Shown: piece by piece, positions 63,068-64,000 of the stretch
How the letters are laid out: the number at the start of each line of letters is the position of its first letter
Numbering within the stretch: the stretch's first letter is position 1
Sequence record: ON529855.1
DNA length: 64,000 nucleotides
Reading direction: 5' to 3' (one strand)
Made by a program: the position numbers and the translations under genes
Notes under the pieces: model-generated
What the model saw: only the letters and a program-made list of their open reading frames with translations
The model's database searches: none
Told to the model about the DNA's origin: nothing

Positions 63068-63301
63068 TTACCGGTTGAGCGAGAGGCGTCCCGCATGGAA
63101 CGCCCGGATCGGGTTGAGCCCGTCGTCCAGAGGCTGGAACGCCTTCCACAGGTCGTTGCGCCAGGGCTTGGTCAGGGCGAGGATGCGGTCGCGTTCGGCG
63201 CCCTCCAGCACTTCGCCGGTGTCGGGATCGACGACATAGAAGTCGTGCGTCATCAGCCGACGGAAGGCGTCGCACATCTGTTCGGAGGGGTTGGACCGCA
63301 T
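63068..63301 (-). CDS. hypothetical protein (77 aa)
   Basis: Upstream TTGACA promoter at about 63330. Confidence 0.55.
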   Translation of the reverse strand: MRSNPSEQMCDAFRRLMTHDFYVVDPDTGEVLEGAERDRILALTKPWRNDLWKAFQPLDDGLNPIRAFHAGRLSLNR

Positions 63302-63350
63302 AGCTTCACCTTGCGCATGCCGCCACGAATGTCAAGGATACCGACAATGC

Positions 63351-63376
63351 AAAACGCCCCCGGCGAACCGGGGGCG
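63351..63376 (-). terminator. Intrinsic terminator CGCCCCCGG-TTCG-CCGGGGGCG-TTTT
   Basis: Perfect 9-bp stem plus U-tract with no ORF directly upstream. Confidence 0.85.
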
Positions 63377-63382
63377 TCAGGG

Positions 63383-63555
63383 TGGCGTGGAATAAACGAC
63401 ACGATCCGAAAAGGGTCCGGGCTCCACTCCCCCGTTAGCTGTTCGGTCGGCTCACCGTAAGGCCCGACGGTGATCGTCGCCGGGTTGCAGTCCTACCCCC
63501 GGCTGGCTGGGCTTAATCCAGGAACCGAGGCCCCTAGTTGCTGCGCCGCTATGCC
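63383..63555 (-). ncRNA. candidate structured ncRNA of about 170 nt ending in CCA
   Basis: Own TTGACT promoter (63583-63588) and terminator, no ORF, multiple stems and a possible H-type pseudoknot. Confidence 0.5.
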
Positions 63556-63584
63556 TGAGCATGGTGCCTGAATAGGCGTAAAAG

Positions 63585-63794
63585 TCAAGCTTTCAGCGCC
63601 GCCTTGCGCATCCGGGCCGCCAGAGGATCGTCGGCGCCGCGAGGCTCGACGCCGTCCGGCAGCACGCTATAGGCGACGAACGGATTGCGCCGGTGCGCCC
63701 CGACCTTGATCATCGACAGCACGGTCTTCTCGCGCAGGACCAGGTAGCAGGGTTCGTCCCGAAACCAGACCTCATAGCGCCGACGTTTCGACAT
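63585..63794 (-). CDS. hypothetical basic protein (69 aa)
   Basis: TGATG coupling. Confidence 0.6.
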   Translation of the reverse strand: MSKRRRYEVWFRDEPCYLVLREKTVLSMIKVGAHRRNPFVAYSVLPDGVEPRGADDPLAARMRKAALKA

Positions 63795-63979
63795 CAGCCG
63801 GGAAACATCGCCGAGCGCTGTTCCGGCGTCAGGCGCGGACTCGGCAGGCGTGTCCGTAGACGTGTGGCGATCCGCCGGGCCAGGTCATAGTCGGCCTCCT
63901 CCAGGAACTCGGGGGTCACGTCTTCCAGCGCGTTGAACCACTGGCGCAGCAGGTCGATCTCTTCGTCGCTGAAAATCAC
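63794..63979 (-). CDS. hypothetical protein (61 aa, GTG start)
   Basis: Near window edge; AGGGGA upstream. Confidence 0.55.
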   Translation of the reverse strand: MIFSDEEIDLLRQWFNALEDVTPEFLEEADYDLARRIATRLRTRLPSPRLTPEQRSAMFPG

Positions 63980-64000
63980 AGCTTCACAATCCCCTCGCAG

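Noticed and set aside
63383-63555. Calling the candidate RNA a tmRNA, tRNA or HDV-like ribozyme
   Set aside because: No TTCRA T-loop, no tag reading frame, too short for one-piece tmRNA, wrong piece order for the permuted alphaproteobacterial form, and no P2 partner for the GCTAA segment.

Overview
A 64-kb, GC-rich segment of a large lytic phage of a Caulobacteraceae-type host, most likely phiCbK-like (Jeanschmidtviridae-type). This is inferred from the terminase/RuvC module, the CtrA boxes and the Caulobacter-type GCTANAWC -10 elements. Left part (1-29.7 kb): about 60 small, almost all minus-strand early genes. They are packaged as repeated cassettes: terminator - GTTAACCTTAAC element - TTAA-N7-TTAA CtrA box - N8 - -10 element - GGAGA RBS - ORF. 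I counted 43 promoter-type CtrA boxes by hand. Two non-coding junctions (about 11.9-13.4 kb and 29.4-31.6 kb) carry the same three repeat families in the same order and may mark the ends of a roughly 18-kb terminal repeat. Middle (31.9-40.4 kb): intein-interrupted terminase large subunit, terminase small subunit, RuvC-like resolvase, an AT-rich repeat region and a winged-helix protein. Right part (41-64 kb): accessory genes including cold-shock/OB-like repeat proteins, an ATP-grasp protein, a NUDIX hydrolase and an HD hydrolase. It also has a second conserved promoter class, a tRNA-Arg(TCT) preceded by an AGA/AGG-containing mini-ORF and terminator, dispersed GNA-mini-hairpin repeats and a candidate structured ncRNA. 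Short ORFs missed by the ORF track include an ArfA-like 37-aa peptide. All family assignments come from motif recognition by eye; no database search was run.
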